Part shown: positions 18,126 through 27,343 of the stretch, piece after piece
How the letters are laid out: each line of letters begins with the position of its first letter
Numbering within the stretch: position 1 is the stretch's first letter
NCBI GenBank assembly: GCA_943788505.1
Contig: CALSQR010000002.1
Span: forward strand, 1,244,161 to 1,308,160
Reading direction: 5' to 3'
Length of the DNA: 64,000 nt
Source: an uncultured bacterium
GTDB taxonomy: Bacteria; Bacteroidota; Rhodothermia; Rhodothermales; UBA10348
The notes under the pieces: model-generated
The model's input: the letters and a program-made list of their open reading frames with translations, nothing else
What the model was told of the DNA's origin: nothing
The model's database searches: none
Program-made: the position numbers and the translations under genes

Positions 18126-18240
18126 GAACTGAATGCGTAGGCGCCAGTTAATTCAAAGGAGAGGAACTAGGGACTGGTATTTTCCCATCATAATACGCAC
18201 ATTGTTTATTCACCAGAACCTAAACCTGTTTCGCACTTCA

Positions 18241-18618
18241 ATGAAAGTATTGGTCGTTGATGACGAGAAAGATGTAGAACCGTTATTTCGGATGCGTTTC
18301 CGCCGCGAAATCGCGAAAGGAGATATCGAATTGATTTTTGCTTTTTCAGGCGAAGAGGCGCTCAAGCAATTGATGGATCACGGCAAGACAGATGTTGTGC
18401 TAGTACTCTCTGACATCAATATGCCGGGTATGACCGGTCTAGAGTTGCTCAGGCGCATCAAAGAGGATCCGCCTCCTGTACCTGTCTGCATGATGACGGC
18501 GTATGAGAATGATGAGTATCGGGAAAAGGCTGCAGCTTTGGCTTGTGACGGATATGTCTCCAAGCCTATTGACTTTGCTTCGTTGAAGGAAAAAATCGTA
18601 TCGATGAAGAGCGCCTGA
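18241..18618 (+). CDS. Single-domain response regulator (CheY-like receiver)
   Basis: I prefer the ATG at 18241 (MKVLVVDDEKD). It has the phospho-acceptor context VLVLSDINMPGMTG, a conserved T (MMTAY) and K (YVSKP). The gene ends 3 nt before def. Confidence 0.85.
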   Translation: MKVLVVDDEKDVEPLFRMRFRREIAKGDIELIFAFSGEEALKQLMDHGKTDVVLVLSDINMPGMTGLELLRRIKEDPPPVPVCMMTAYENDEYREKAAALACDGYVSKPIDFASLKEKIVSMKSA

Positions 18619-18621
18619 TCT

Positions 18622-19191
18622 ATGGTCTTAGACATCACCCAAATTGGCAATCCTGTTCTTAGGGAAAATTGCCAGGAAGTGACTGTGGCTGAGCTGGCTA
18701 AGCCAGAAATGCAGACGTTCATCGATGACCTAATCGAAACGAAACGTGCTGCAAACGGGGCTGGAATTGCAGCCCCACAGGTCGGCAAACCGTGGCGAAT
18801 CTTCGTGGTGGAGGTCAAGGACAATCCGAGATATCCGTACAAACCAGAAACAGAGTTGACAATCTGCGTCAACCCTGAAATCACGTTCCTGACCGAAGAG
18901 CGGTACCTGAACTTTGAAGGATGCCTGTCCATTCCCGATCTCCGGGGCAAAGTGCCTCGCTGTCCTCACATACTGGTCAAAGCGTGGGACCGAAACGGGC
19001 AGCCATTCGAGCGTCAGGTCAAAGGCATCACGGCCGGAACGTTCCAACATGAGGATGATCACCTAAACGGGATCATGTTTCCCGACCTCGCAGACTCACG
19101 CACCTTCAGCACGTGGGCCGAATTTGAACAGCGCTATGAAGCAGACGTCCGGGAAGGTGTAAAGGACATCGTTACCAAGTGGGGCGAATAA
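18622..19191 (+). CDS. def: Peptide deformylase
   Basis: 189 aa with all three PDF motifs: GIAAPQVG, EGCLSIP and HEDDHLNG. Confidence 0.95.
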   Translation: MVLDITQIGNPVLRENCQEVTVAELAKPEMQTFIDDLIETKRAANGAGIAAPQVGKPWRIFVVEVKDNPRYPYKPETELTICVNPEITFLTEERYLNFEGCLSIPDLRGKVPRCPHILVKAWDRNGQPFERQVKGITAGTFQHEDDHLNGIMFPDLADSRTFSTWAEFEQRYEADVREGVKDIVTKWGE

Positions 19192-19197
19192 GTCGCC

Positions 19198-20019
19198 TTA
19201 ATCCTCTTTCTTTCGCCTGAATAGGCGCACCAATGAGGCGCCAACAAAGACAACTCCTAGCATTGCAACGACGGAAGATCCCGCGGGAAAGTCGAACGCA
19301 ACGGAGAATTGAATGCCAGCGAAGCTACCGATTACTGCCAGTACCATTGCGATCAGAATCACTCCGGCATTGGAGCGTGTCATCAGGATAGCGGCAACTG
19401 GTGGGACCACTAGGAAGGCAAAGACCGGAATGACGCCTCCAATCCGAACGGCTAGTACGATGGCCAACCCAATCGAGACGTAAAACAGGAAATTCCAGAC
19501 ATTGAATATTCCGATATCGTCAACGTTCCGGTCCTCGAATTTCTTGGTGATGGCGAAAAACTGCTTACGAAAAACGAAGTGCATTATGCCGAGCAGTCCA
19601 AATACGACGGCCATCGAAACGAGCTGCTGGTTTGTGACCGTAAATACACTGCCGAAAAGGACTTCCTGAATGTCTGCATCGCCGTGCGCAGCCTTTGAGA
19701 TTAAAAGCACGGTCACAGCCGATGACACGGCGTAGATGATTCCAATAATCGACTCCAGTTTGAGTCGTTTATCACTCACCTTGATGAAGGACATAAGAAA
19801 GGCTCCCACCAACGTGAAGGTCACCGAAACTATTAGCGGATCCATCTCGAAATAGGCCGCAACGGCTACGCCCAGCATCGAAATTTGGCCAAGGGCCAAA
19901 TCGACGAAAACGATTCCCCGACCGACGACGTGAACGCCGAGGTATGAAAGCAACAGTCCCATTACCACACTCGCTAACAGAGCGTTTCGAATGAACTCAA
20001 GAGAAAACAGGTCAAACAC
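19198..20019 (-). CDS. Metal (Zn/Mn) ABC transporter permease (ZnuB/TroD family)
   Basis: 273 aa with 8-9 TM helices and typical ABC-3 family sequence (LALGQISMLGVA, AHGDADIQEVLFGS). Confidence 0.9.
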   Translation of the reverse strand: MFDLFSLEFIRNALLASVVMGLLLSYLGVHVVGRGIVFVDLALGQISMLGVAVAAYFEMDPLIVSVTFTLVGAFLMSFIKVSDKRLKLESIIGIIYAVSSAVTVLLISKAAHGDADIQEVLFGSVFTVTNQQLVSMAVVFGLLGIMHFVFRKQFFAITKKFEDRNVDDIGIFNVWNFLFYVSIGLAIVLAVRIGGVIPVFAFLVVPPVAAILMTRSNAGVILIAMVLAVIGSFAGIQFSVAFDFPAGSSVVAMLGVVFVGASLVRLFRRKKED

Positions 20020-20067
20020 GTCGGGATCCAGCTTGGTTACGGCAGTGAGTTACAACGAGCAGGCGGG

Positions 20068-21033
20068 TCAGTCCGTCCCGGGCTGCAAGGCTTCGATCAG
20101 GACTTTCAAGTTGTGTTCGAATACATCAAAGTAGGACTCTACATCCTCAAATGCGCCAACCGATGGCGCTAGCGTAACAACGTGTGCCCCAACTTGTCGA
20201 GCGACGAGCGCTGCCGTGTCTGGCTTGTAGTATGGGGAAATAATGATGACATGTACTTCATTCGACTTCATCGTCTCCATCACTTTGGTCAACTGAGATG
20301 GAGTTGGGGGAATCCCCGGCTTCGGCTCGAGAAAATCTACGATATCGAGTCCAAAAGCTGTCTCGAAATAAGGCCACTGATCGTGAAAGGCTACAATTTT
20401 GGCTCCTTCATACGGCTCCATTCGGGTGTGCCATTCTTTGATCTTGCCCTCAAGGGTAGTGTCGAATTGCACTAGATTAGCCGTGAAGTAGGCTTCGCTT
20501 TCGGGCTCTACTGCGACCAGTGCTGCATGGATGTTGTGCGCAATCTGGTGTCCGCGAGCAGGATCTAACCAGTAGTGTGGATTGCCAAAAATGTGAATGT
20601 CGCCTTGATCGCGACTCGTATTCGTTGGCACATTAAGTAGCTCAACTCCGACCGAAGTGTCCACAAATCCGGATCCACCAGGCTGAATGTCCGAATTTCG
20701 AGAACTGGACAAAAGGGGGGGGACCCACCCGCTAGTCAAGTCTAAACCAGAGGTTACAAACAGATCAGCTCGCAAAAGCTTGAGAATGTGACTCGGCTTT
20801 GGATCGACAAAATGAGGGTTCTGATATCCGGTTGCAATCGAAAGGACTTCGACCCTGTCTCCACCGATGTATTTCGTTATATCTGCGAGATCGGTCAGCG
20901 TAGTAACAACGTTGAGGCGCTTTTGTGCGTGGGTGTCCACAGCCGAAAAAGTCACTGTCGCCGTACTTACCAAAGCAATCATCAGTAGGAGTCCGCTCAA
21001 GGCGCTCTTACTTCGACTCTTTTCCATCGTCAT
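20068..21033 (-). CDS. Metal ABC transporter substrate-binding protein (ZnuA/TroA family)
   Basis: 321 aa with a signal peptide. Cluster A-I SBP motifs include VVTTLTDLADITKYIGGDRV, NPHFVDPKPS, GDIHIFGNPHYWLDP and AFHDQWPYF. Confidence 0.9.
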   Translation of the reverse strand: MTMEKSRSKSALSGLLLMIALVSTATVTFSAVDTHAQKRLNVVTTLTDLADITKYIGGDRVEVLSIATGYQNPHFVDPKPSHILKLLRADLFVTSGLDLTSGWVPPLLSSSRNSDIQPGGSGFVDTSVGVELLNVPTNTSRDQGDIHIFGNPHYWLDPARGHQIAHNIHAALVAVEPESEAYFTANLVQFDTTLEGKIKEWHTRMEPYEGAKIVAFHDQWPYFETAFGLDIVDFLEPKPGIPPTPSQLTKVMETMKSNEVHVIIISPYYKPDTAALVARQVGAHVVTLAPSVGAFEDVESYFDVFEHNLKVLIEALQPGTD

Positions 21034-21076
21034 AATCCGTCTCCATGATGGCCATCTGGCCAGGTATTATTCAAGT

Positions 21077-22108
21077 CTAATACTCGTGGGCGCCGTGCGT
21101 TCCAATTACAAATATGGCTCTAACAAGACCTTGCCACGACGCATCAAGGTCCGGGCCCCATGAGTGTCGCGCACCCCATTCCAGTTTTTGAAATTCGCTG
21201 AGATGCCATCCCAAAGTTGCAGAAACGGCCTTTTCATTCCAATCTGGGTTGTCCGGCAGGTCTGAGTGGTCGAATCGACCCACTGCAAACCACCGACGGG
21301 CAAGCTGGTAATTGGCCATGGCATACAGTCCATCGGCCGTAATTGTTGACCCTCCGGTATCCTTCCAACTGCGGAATACCTCGACCTGAAGCGTGAACGA
21401 GTGATAGGTGTTGTAGCGCAGAGGTTTTCGTTTATACGTAACGTCCACTCCTGCAATGGTAGACGTTTCCCCTAATCCATTCATGCCGTTTATGCCGCTC
21501 AGGCCAAGTTCAAGGCTCGCATCGTCCGAGAGGTCCCAAAAGTTTTTGAGGTGTCCTACCATCATCATTCGGTTACTGTCCTCATCATGCACAAAGCTTT
21601 CGCTTTCACCCGGACCGCGGGTCATCTCGACCGTGAGCTCTTGGTAGAACCGGGCGTTGGGGACTAGCCAGTTCAGGGAAAGGCCTTGGTCGTTAAGTCC
21701 TTCATCGCCGAAGAAGTTGGCGTACACTGCCGGTGTATCAATAAAAGGTAGCGCGTGGGGATGGATCTGATTGATTTTACCCACATTGCTACGGAATTTT
21801 CCTGCTTTGATCTGCAGCTGGTAGGGAAGACTCAGCGATGTGAGATAGGCTTCTTCAAGTTCAAATTCGAATTCGCCGTCGTGCTGTCCAATGCCAATGT
21901 ATATATCGGCCCGGGCATACGGGTCGATGACCGAGCGATAGGAGGTTTCGAGTTCCTGAAGTCCAAGATCGATGTTTCTGGGCCCTTCAGAATCATACCA
22001 GGCCCTTACATCTCCAATTAGGCTGATATCTGGATTTGTCTGTGCCTGTCCAAATGCATTTACCGAGAGAGCTAAAAACAAGCAACAGGAGATCAATCTT
22101 GGCATCAT
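21077..22108 (-). CDS. Outer-membrane beta-barrel protein (porin-like), first gene of the metal-uptake operon
   Basis: 343 aa with signal peptide MMPRLISCCLFLALSVNAFGQ. It shows an alternating amphipathic strand pattern and ends in an aromatic residue (HGAHEY). Confidence 0.6.
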   Translation of the reverse strand: MMPRLISCCLFLALSVNAFGQAQTNPDISLIGDVRAWYDSEGPRNIDLGLQELETSYRSVIDPYARADIYIGIGQHDGEFEFELEEAYLTSLSLPYQLQIKAGKFRSNVGKINQIHPHALPFIDTPAVYANFFGDEGLNDQGLSLNWLVPNARFYQELTVEMTRGPGESESFVHDEDSNRMMMVGHLKNFWDLSDDASLELGLSGINGMNGLGETSTIAGVDVTYKRKPLRYNTYHSFTLQVEVFRSWKDTGGSTITADGLYAMANYQLARRWFAVGRFDHSDLPDNPDWNEKAVSATLGWHLSEFQKLEWGARHSWGPDLDASWQGLVRAIFVIGTHGAHEY

Positions 22109-22141
22109 GGGTGTGTAATGTCGATATCTATTTCTGCGTCA

Positions 22142-22173
22142 GGATTAACCGTTTTTCGCAAGACGGTTAGTCC
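22142..22173. promoter_or_regulatory. Imperfect inverted repeat GGATTAACCGT-N10-ACGGTTAGTCC upstream of the metal-uptake operon
   Basis: The arms at 22142..22152 and 22163..22173 match at 10 of 11 positions. The repeat lies 34-65 nt upstream of the ATG at 22108. It is a candidate metal-regulator operator or 5' leader hairpin. Confidence 0.35.
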
Positions 22174-22301
22174 GTTTGTGTTGAACGAATTGTCCTCTCC
22201 CTGAATGATACTCAAGGTATTAGGATCCCTCGCTCAAGCCACCTACGTAAGTGAACGTTCTGTAATTCGTTCCGCATCGGAGGTTTTCATATTTTGAGAA
22301 A

Positions 22302-22700
22302 ATGTCGGATACCCAGTCCACCACAGAGCAAATCATTGCGGCCTTTGAAGAGGGTCTGAGCGCTGCCGAAATTTCGGAAGCATTCGGTCTTTCCCTCGAG
22401 GCGGTCCATTCGCGTCTTGAACGCGCTGGCATCGCATCCCGTCAAGCCGAGAAGGAAACAAAGGCAGAGAAAGACCAGCGTCAGCTCGAAGAGGTCATTG
22501 CCATGGTGCGCAAGGGGTTCCGGACAAAAACCATTTCAACTATGATTGGCATGTCGCTGCCCAGAGTGCGCGATATAGTCAAGAAATCCTACATCATTAC
22601 GCGTGATCATGGCGGAAATGAAGTGCTGATTCCGCGCCACGAAAAGAACAAGATTGAACGCCCGCGGCATCGCTGGTGGCAGTTCAAATCACGGGGTTGA
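22302..22700 (+). CDS. Hypothetical DNA-binding protein with two helix-turn-helix-like segments
   Basis: 132 aa. Two similar segments, EEGLSAAEISEAFGLSLEAVHSRLERAGI and RKGFRTKTISTMIGMSLPRVRDIVKKS, flank a charged linker. Confidence 0.5.
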   Translation: MSDTQSTTEQIIAAFEEGLSAAEISEAFGLSLEAVHSRLERAGIASRQAEKETKAEKDQRQLEEVIAMVRKGFRTKTISTMIGMSLPRVRDIVKKSYIITRDHGGNEVLIPRHEKNKIERPRHRWWQFKSRG

Positions 22701-22886
22701 GACGCTGTTCTTGGCTCGTTCGGATGGGTCCGGCTCCCCCGGTCCGGCCCGGCCCGGCCTGTCGGTCCAATCGGCCTTTGCGCCCCTTAGGCATACTCGA
22801 CGTACGTTTGTACAACAAATCTGTCTAAGGGCGAAATACAATATTTCGCGACCTGACCGGCCCCCATCTGATTGGCCTCCCCACCC

Positions 22887-23198
22887 CTAGTCGTCCGCTT
22901 CCTCGGATTCCATTTCGAGGATTTTGCCGTCCGCGGTGACCTCGAATTCGTACTCGATGCCGTCGGCCACACCTTCGATTTCGTAGACGTTTCGTCCTCT
23001 TTCTTCTTCGACGGTAGCTTCGGTAATTTCGATACCCGGCACTTCAGCGCGCACGGCTGCCAGTACGGCATCAGGCACTTCAGACACGGCGATCATGCGC
23101 TCGGTTGATATGCATCCTGCCATGAGAAGCACGAGCAGAAGCAAGACAGGTTTTTCAAGGGGCCTCAGGGAAATGTTATTCCCCAATACCCGCATCAA
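22887..23198 (-). CDS. PepSY-like small lipoprotein
   Basis: 103 aa with lipobox LLMAGC. The fold signature EITEATVEEERGRNVYEIEGVADGIEYEFEVTADGKILEME is typical of PepSY-like domains. Confidence 0.6.
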   Translation of the reverse strand: MMRVLGNNISLRPLEKPVLLLLVLLMAGCISTERMIAVSEVPDAVLAAVRAEVPGIEITEATVEEERGRNVYEIEGVADGIEYEFEVTADGKILEMESEEADD

Positions 23199-23838
23199 CC
23201 AAGAAAAGGTCCATCAGGACACTGTCCTGTAGGTGATGGCCGCCTTCGTATCGGATGGTCTCAAAACGGCACTGGTGATCACGAAACGCCTCCTCAGCGC
23301 GAAGCAGTCGGCCACGAGTTACAAATTGATCAAGCGTTCCTGCAACGAGTTGGATGTCGTCGACATCAGACACAGCATCCCACTCGTCATCGCTCAAGTC
23401 TTCAGCCGGGTCTGATCCCCAGAGAGTGAAGCGCTTGGGCTTGATCGTACCGTTGCCAATCCACCTACTGGCGGTGTGACACCCTTGAGAAAAGGCAAAT
23501 ACTTCGATGCGAACATCCTCAGGAAGATCTTCAAGGATCATTTCCGCCAGGCCATCGAGATAGGTGACATAGTCCATGATTTCAAACTCCCGGTCGTAGC
23601 TCGTCATCCACGAGGAACCTGTCTGGCGAGGCTGGAAACCGACGTAGAACTTGGAGAGTGCTTCCGGGCAAATGATCAACCGGCCTTCCCGCACGAGCGA
23701 GACAAGGTCGGAGGCGAACCCTTCAGCCAATTGTCCCCAGCCATGAAGCGCAAATATGACTTCATTGACGGGGCCATCTGGATCTCCCAGAATGACGTAG
23801 CGGGTTGTCCGAGGTGTTACGTATCGCTTGATCTGCAC
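23176..23838 (-). CDS. Alpha/beta hydrolase (carboxylesterase/phospholipase-like)
   Basis: 220 aa with FALHGWGQ, a nucleophile elbow FAFSQGC and a C-terminal GGHH. Confidence 0.7.
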   Translation of the reverse strand: MQIKRYVTPRTTRYVILGDPDGPVNEVIFALHGWGQLAEGFASDLVSLVREGRLIICPEALSKFYVGFQPRQTGSSWMTSYDREFEIMDYVTYLDGLAEMILEDLPEDVRIEVFAFSQGCHTASRWIGNGTIKPKRFTLWGSDPAEDLSDDEWDAVSDVDDIQLVAGTLDQFVTRGRLLRAEEAFRDHQCRFETIRYEGGHHLQDSVLMDLFLVDAGIGE

Positions 23839-23839
23839 G

Positions 23840-24394
23840 TTAGTCTCCCAGTTTCAAGGTGGGTAACACGTCCTCAGGGCGCGTTACAACTTCAAAGTAA
23901 TTCTGTGCAGGTTCGCGGGCGAAGCCGGCATCCGTCATCTTATCAAAAAAGCCCAGTAGCTCGTCGTAAAACCCACTCGTATTGAGCAGGATTATCGGTC
24001 TGTCATGATACCCCAGCTTACGAAGTGTGAGAACCTCCAGGAACTCTTCCAGCGTGCCATATCCACCCGCCATGGCAACGTATGCATCTGAGCGCTCAAA
24101 CATTATCCGCTTTCGTTCGCGCATCGTGTCCGTCAATATGAGCTCATCTGATTCGTGGTATGAAATACCTTCGATCTCTTTGAGAGCATGTGGAATCACA
24201 CCGACGACACGCCCACCATGTTCATGCACGGCCCGGGCCATTTCTCCCATCAGTCCGACTCGTCCGCCACCGTTCACGAGCTGCACGTGATGCTCGGCAA
24301 ACGACTTTCCAAGCTCCTTAGCGGCCTGGATAAAGGCAGCATCGATCGAATTACTAGATGAGCAGTAGACCGTTACTGAGCGATAGGAAGCCAT
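23840..24394 (-). CDS. LOG-family cytokinin riboside 5'-monophosphate phosphoribohydrolase (TIGR00730)
   Basis: VTVYCSSS, GGGRVGLMGEMA and AMAGGYGTLEEFLEV are present. The ATG at 24394 avoids overlap with the upstream gene's stop at 24399; the track start at 24409 is a GTG. Confidence 0.9.
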   Translation of the reverse strand: MASYRSVTVYCSSSNSIDAAFIQAAKELGKSFAEHHVQLVNGGGRVGLMGEMARAVHEHGGRVVGVIPHALKEIEGISYHESDELILTDTMRERKRIMFERSDAYVAMAGGYGTLEEFLEVLTLRKLGYHDRPIILLNTSGFYDELLGFFDKMTDAGFAREPAQNYFEVVTRPEDVLPTLKLGD

Positions 24395-24398
24395 GTCA

Positions 24399-25511
24399 TC
24401 ATCCTCCACTAAGGGTGAAATCTGCGTACGTATGTTCGGAGGCCCGCAGCCAGCGGTTTGATGCCTGCTGGAAGGCCTGGTAGTTCTCTAGAATACGTCG
24501 GTAGGTGGGATCAGACGCAGCCTCTGATGACAGGATCTCTCGCGTAATTTCGCGGGCTTTGTCCATCACTTCTTTCGAGAAGGGGCGCATGGTCACGTCT
24601 TCCGTATCGAGCAAACGAGCCAGAGCGACGGGGTTCTTGGCGTCATAGCCAGCCAACATATCCACATTAGCTTCTGCTGCAGCTGCTTCAAGTGCCGCTT
24701 TGTAGTCAGCAGGGAGTTTCTCCCAGGCATCCTTGTTGATGTAAAAACTGAGACCTGGTCCCGGCTCCCACCATCCCGGATAGTAGTAGTTCTTGGCGAT
24801 CTGATGAAAGCCCAGTTTTTCGTCATCATAGGGACCGGCCCATTCGGCAGCATCGATGACGCCTCGTTCGAGAGCCGGATAGATTTCGCCCCCAGATAGG
24901 ACCTGTACATTTACGCCCAGTTCGGCCATTACCTGCCCACCAAACCCAGGGATACGCATTTTCAGGCCACCAAAGTCACTCAGTGTGTCCACGCGCTCGC
25001 GAAACCAGCCACCCATCTGCACACCTGTGTTTCCACCGGGTAGATTGATAATATTGAAATCAGCGAACAGTCCGCGCGTGAGTTCGAGGCCATCGCCGTA
25101 ATACATCCAAGCGTTGAACTGTCGTGCGTTCAAGCCAAAGGGGACAGTACAATCGAAGGCAAGGGCAGGGTTTAAACCCGTGAAGTAGTAACTGGCTGAA
25201 TGCCCCACTTGAACAGTCCCCTTCTGAACGGTCTCCAAGACTTGATTGCCCGGGACGAGTTCTCCAGCAGGAAACACCCTGATGGTGAATCGACCGCTGG
25301 TGAGTTCAGATACCCGGTTGGCCAAGACTTCTGCCGCGCCAAAAATGGTGTCCAGTGACCGAGGAAAGCTGGACGTTAGGCGCCATGACACTCGGGGATT
25401 GGTCTGAACGGCTGCTGCACCGCCCTCCGTCTCATCGGAGGCACATCCTGCTACGAGGGCTCCACCTGCAGCAGCCATTGATGCGTTTCTGACAAACTGA
25501 CGACGTTTCAT
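24399..25511 (-). CDS. TRAP transporter substrate-binding protein (DctP/FcbT1 type, COG4663-like) with Tat signal and lipobox
   Basis: I prefer the ATG at 25511 (MKRRQFVRNASMAAAGGALVAGC). It carries WRLTSSFPRSLDTIFG, PAGELVPGNQVLETVQKGTVQVGHS, PFGLNARQFNAWMYYGDG and GPYDDEKLGFHQIAKNYYYPGWWEP. Confidence 0.9.
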   Translation of the reverse strand: MKRRQFVRNASMAAAGGALVAGCASDETEGGAAAVQTNPRVSWRLTSSFPRSLDTIFGAAEVLANRVSELTSGRFTIRVFPAGELVPGNQVLETVQKGTVQVGHSASYYFTGLNPALAFDCTVPFGLNARQFNAWMYYGDGLELTRGLFADFNIINLPGGNTGVQMGGWFRERVDTLSDFGGLKMRIPGFGGQVMAELGVNVQVLSGGEIYPALERGVIDAAEWAGPYDDEKLGFHQIAKNYYYPGWWEPGPGLSFYINKDAWEKLPADYKAALEAAAAEANVDMLAGYDAKNPVALARLLDTEDVTMRPFSKEVMDKAREITREILSSEAASDPTYRRILENYQAFQQASNRWLRASEHTYADFTLSGG

Positions 25512-25606
25512 CTGAGAAGGGACTCGTGGGCAAAAAAAGATGGTAGGACAAGATAGCGAATTCAAGTCCGCCTTTAATGCGGCGAGTGAACCATGCGATT
25601 GCGGGC

Positions 25607-26326
25607 TCAGCCTTTAGGTCGCAACGGGCGCATCACGATCTCTGAAATCAGGTAATTGTCTGGCGTCTCCAGGACATGGACCAGTGTTGTAGCAATTTGC
25701 TCAGCCGTCATCGGGTTGGCAGAAATAGGAATACCGGCCGTATCGAAAAACTCGGTTTGGATGGATCCCGGGTAGAAGCAACTGACTTTGATGCCGTCCT
25801 GGCGTACTTCCTTAAAGAGTGCTTCGCTATATCCTTTGAGACCGAACTTGGTCACGTTGTAGGTACTGATGTTGGGATTACCCAACAGTCCTGCGACTGA
25901 GGCAATGTTTACGATATGGCCACCAAACCCGTTGTCAGTATTTTGGGCCTTCATTACGGGTAAAGCGGCCCGCGTGCAGAGGAAGACGCCTTTGAGATTG
26001 ACGTTCATCTGAATCTCCCATTGTTCGAGCGTCACCTCATCGGCCGGTCCAAATATTCCTAAGCCAGCATTGTTCACGAGGGCATCAATCCGGCCTGACC
26101 GTTCCATTACGTTGGCGAATGCGTCGATCACGGTCTGCTCATCAGTCACGTCACACGTGATTCCGACAAAAGCCGACCCGAGCTCTACCTCTAATGCACG
26201 TAGTCGATCTGTTCGCCGAGCCAGTCCGAACACGGTGGCACCGCGTTCTACAAGGACACGAGAGAAGGCCGAGCCTAGTCCGGAGCTGGCGCCCGTAATG
26301 ACGATGATCTTGTCTTTGAGATTCAT
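25607..26326 (-). CDS. SDR-family oxidoreductase
   Basis: 239 aa with the Rossmann motif ITGASSGLG, NNAG and a catalytic YxxxK (YNVTKFG). Confidence 0.9.
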   Translation of the reverse strand: MNLKDKIIVITGASSGLGSAFSRVLVERGATVFGLARRTDRLRALEVELGSAFVGITCDVTDEQTVIDAFANVMERSGRIDALVNNAGLGIFGPADEVTLEQWEIQMNVNLKGVFLCTRAALPVMKAQNTDNGFGGHIVNIASVAGLLGNPNISTYNVTKFGLKGYSEALFKEVRQDGIKVSCFYPGSIQTEFFDTAGIPISANPMTAEQIATTLVHVLETPDNYLISEIVMRPLRPKG

Positions 26327-26505
26327 TTACATACTACGTGATGGGGGTGTGTCCGCCTTGGAGCAGCGATGAGCCAAGGGCTCTCACCTTCGATGCGATG
26401 GATAGATTGCGGTTCCCTAACGTATCTGTTTATGAGTACGAAGTCATCGGCACCGGATGACTCACTTGGGGTTGATTCTTGAGCTTGCATGAAGCAGATT
26501 CCAGA

Positions 26506-27249
26506 ATGGAAAATCCAGATCTGGTCATGCAGGAATTACTTGGTGCCAGCGGATCCCGGTTTGAAGGGTTTCGCTTGGGTGATGTTGCGCTTTCTCCAGA
26601 TCGAGTGGCTGACATACTGTCTGCACAATTATCCGACGAACGCCGACAGCGAATTGAAGACGTTCTCGATGGCAGAACCTATGACATAGCCACGGTTGTC
26701 GAGGGCGTGATCAATACTGGCAATGTAAGTGCCGTGATGCGAACGGCTGAGGGGCTGGGTTTTCAGCCATTCCATGTAATTACGGGAAATGTCCCATTCA
26801 AACATTCTCGTCGTACGACTCAAGGTGCCCAGAAATGGCTCGATGTCCAGCAATGGGAGGATCCTTCTGGATGTGTGAATGCCCTGAGAGACAATAGGTA
26901 CCAGATTGTTGTCCTAGCCTTGACGGATGATGCCGTTCCGCTTCGGGACATTGATTTCAATCGAAAGACGGCGCTCGTTTTAGGTAACGAGCAGAATGGT
27001 GTGAGCGAGGCTATGCTCGCGGCCGCCGACACCACCTGTGTTCTTCCTGCCCCAGGATTCGTGCAGAGCTACAACATCTCAGTAGCGGCTGCAATGGCCT
27101 TACATGCTGCACACGCGGCCCGATTCGCAGCTGGTAGTACTGGAGGGAATCTGTCCGATGCGGACCGCATCCGCCTGCGCGCGGATTTCTATGTGCGTTC
27201 AGTCCGGCGATCAGAGGACATCTTGCAACGGGTCCTCGAGTCAAGCTGA
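26506..27249 (+). CDS. trmH: SpoU/TrmH-family RNA 2'-O-methyltransferase
   Basis: RRQRIEDVLDGRTYDIATVVEGVINTGNVSAVMRTAEGLGF, LVLGNEQNGVS and SYNISVAAAMALH are present. The track start at 26479 is a TTG and the first ATG is at 26506, so the start is uncertain. Confidence 0.8.
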   Translation: MENPDLVMQELLGASGSRFEGFRLGDVALSPDRVADILSAQLSDERRQRIEDVLDGRTYDIATVVEGVINTGNVSAVMRTAEGLGFQPFHVITGNVPFKHSRRTTQGAQKWLDVQQWEDPSGCVNALRDNRYQIVVLALTDDAVPLRDIDFNRKTALVLGNEQNGVSEAMLAAADTTCVLPAPGFVQSYNISVAAAMALHAAHAARFAAGSTGGNLSDADRIRLRADFYVRSVRRSEDILQRVLESS

Positions 27250-27343
27250 ATAGGCGTCACGTAGGCTGGGGGACAATTGGCCCAAGCCACCCTTTTGGCA
27301 TCGATTATCGCATCGATAAAGTCAGAGTTGAAGAAGTCCCTAA

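Noticed and set aside
18378-18950. 190-aa minus-strand ORF
   Set aside because: It is antisense across the response regulator and def genes, both of which carry complete diagnostic motifs.
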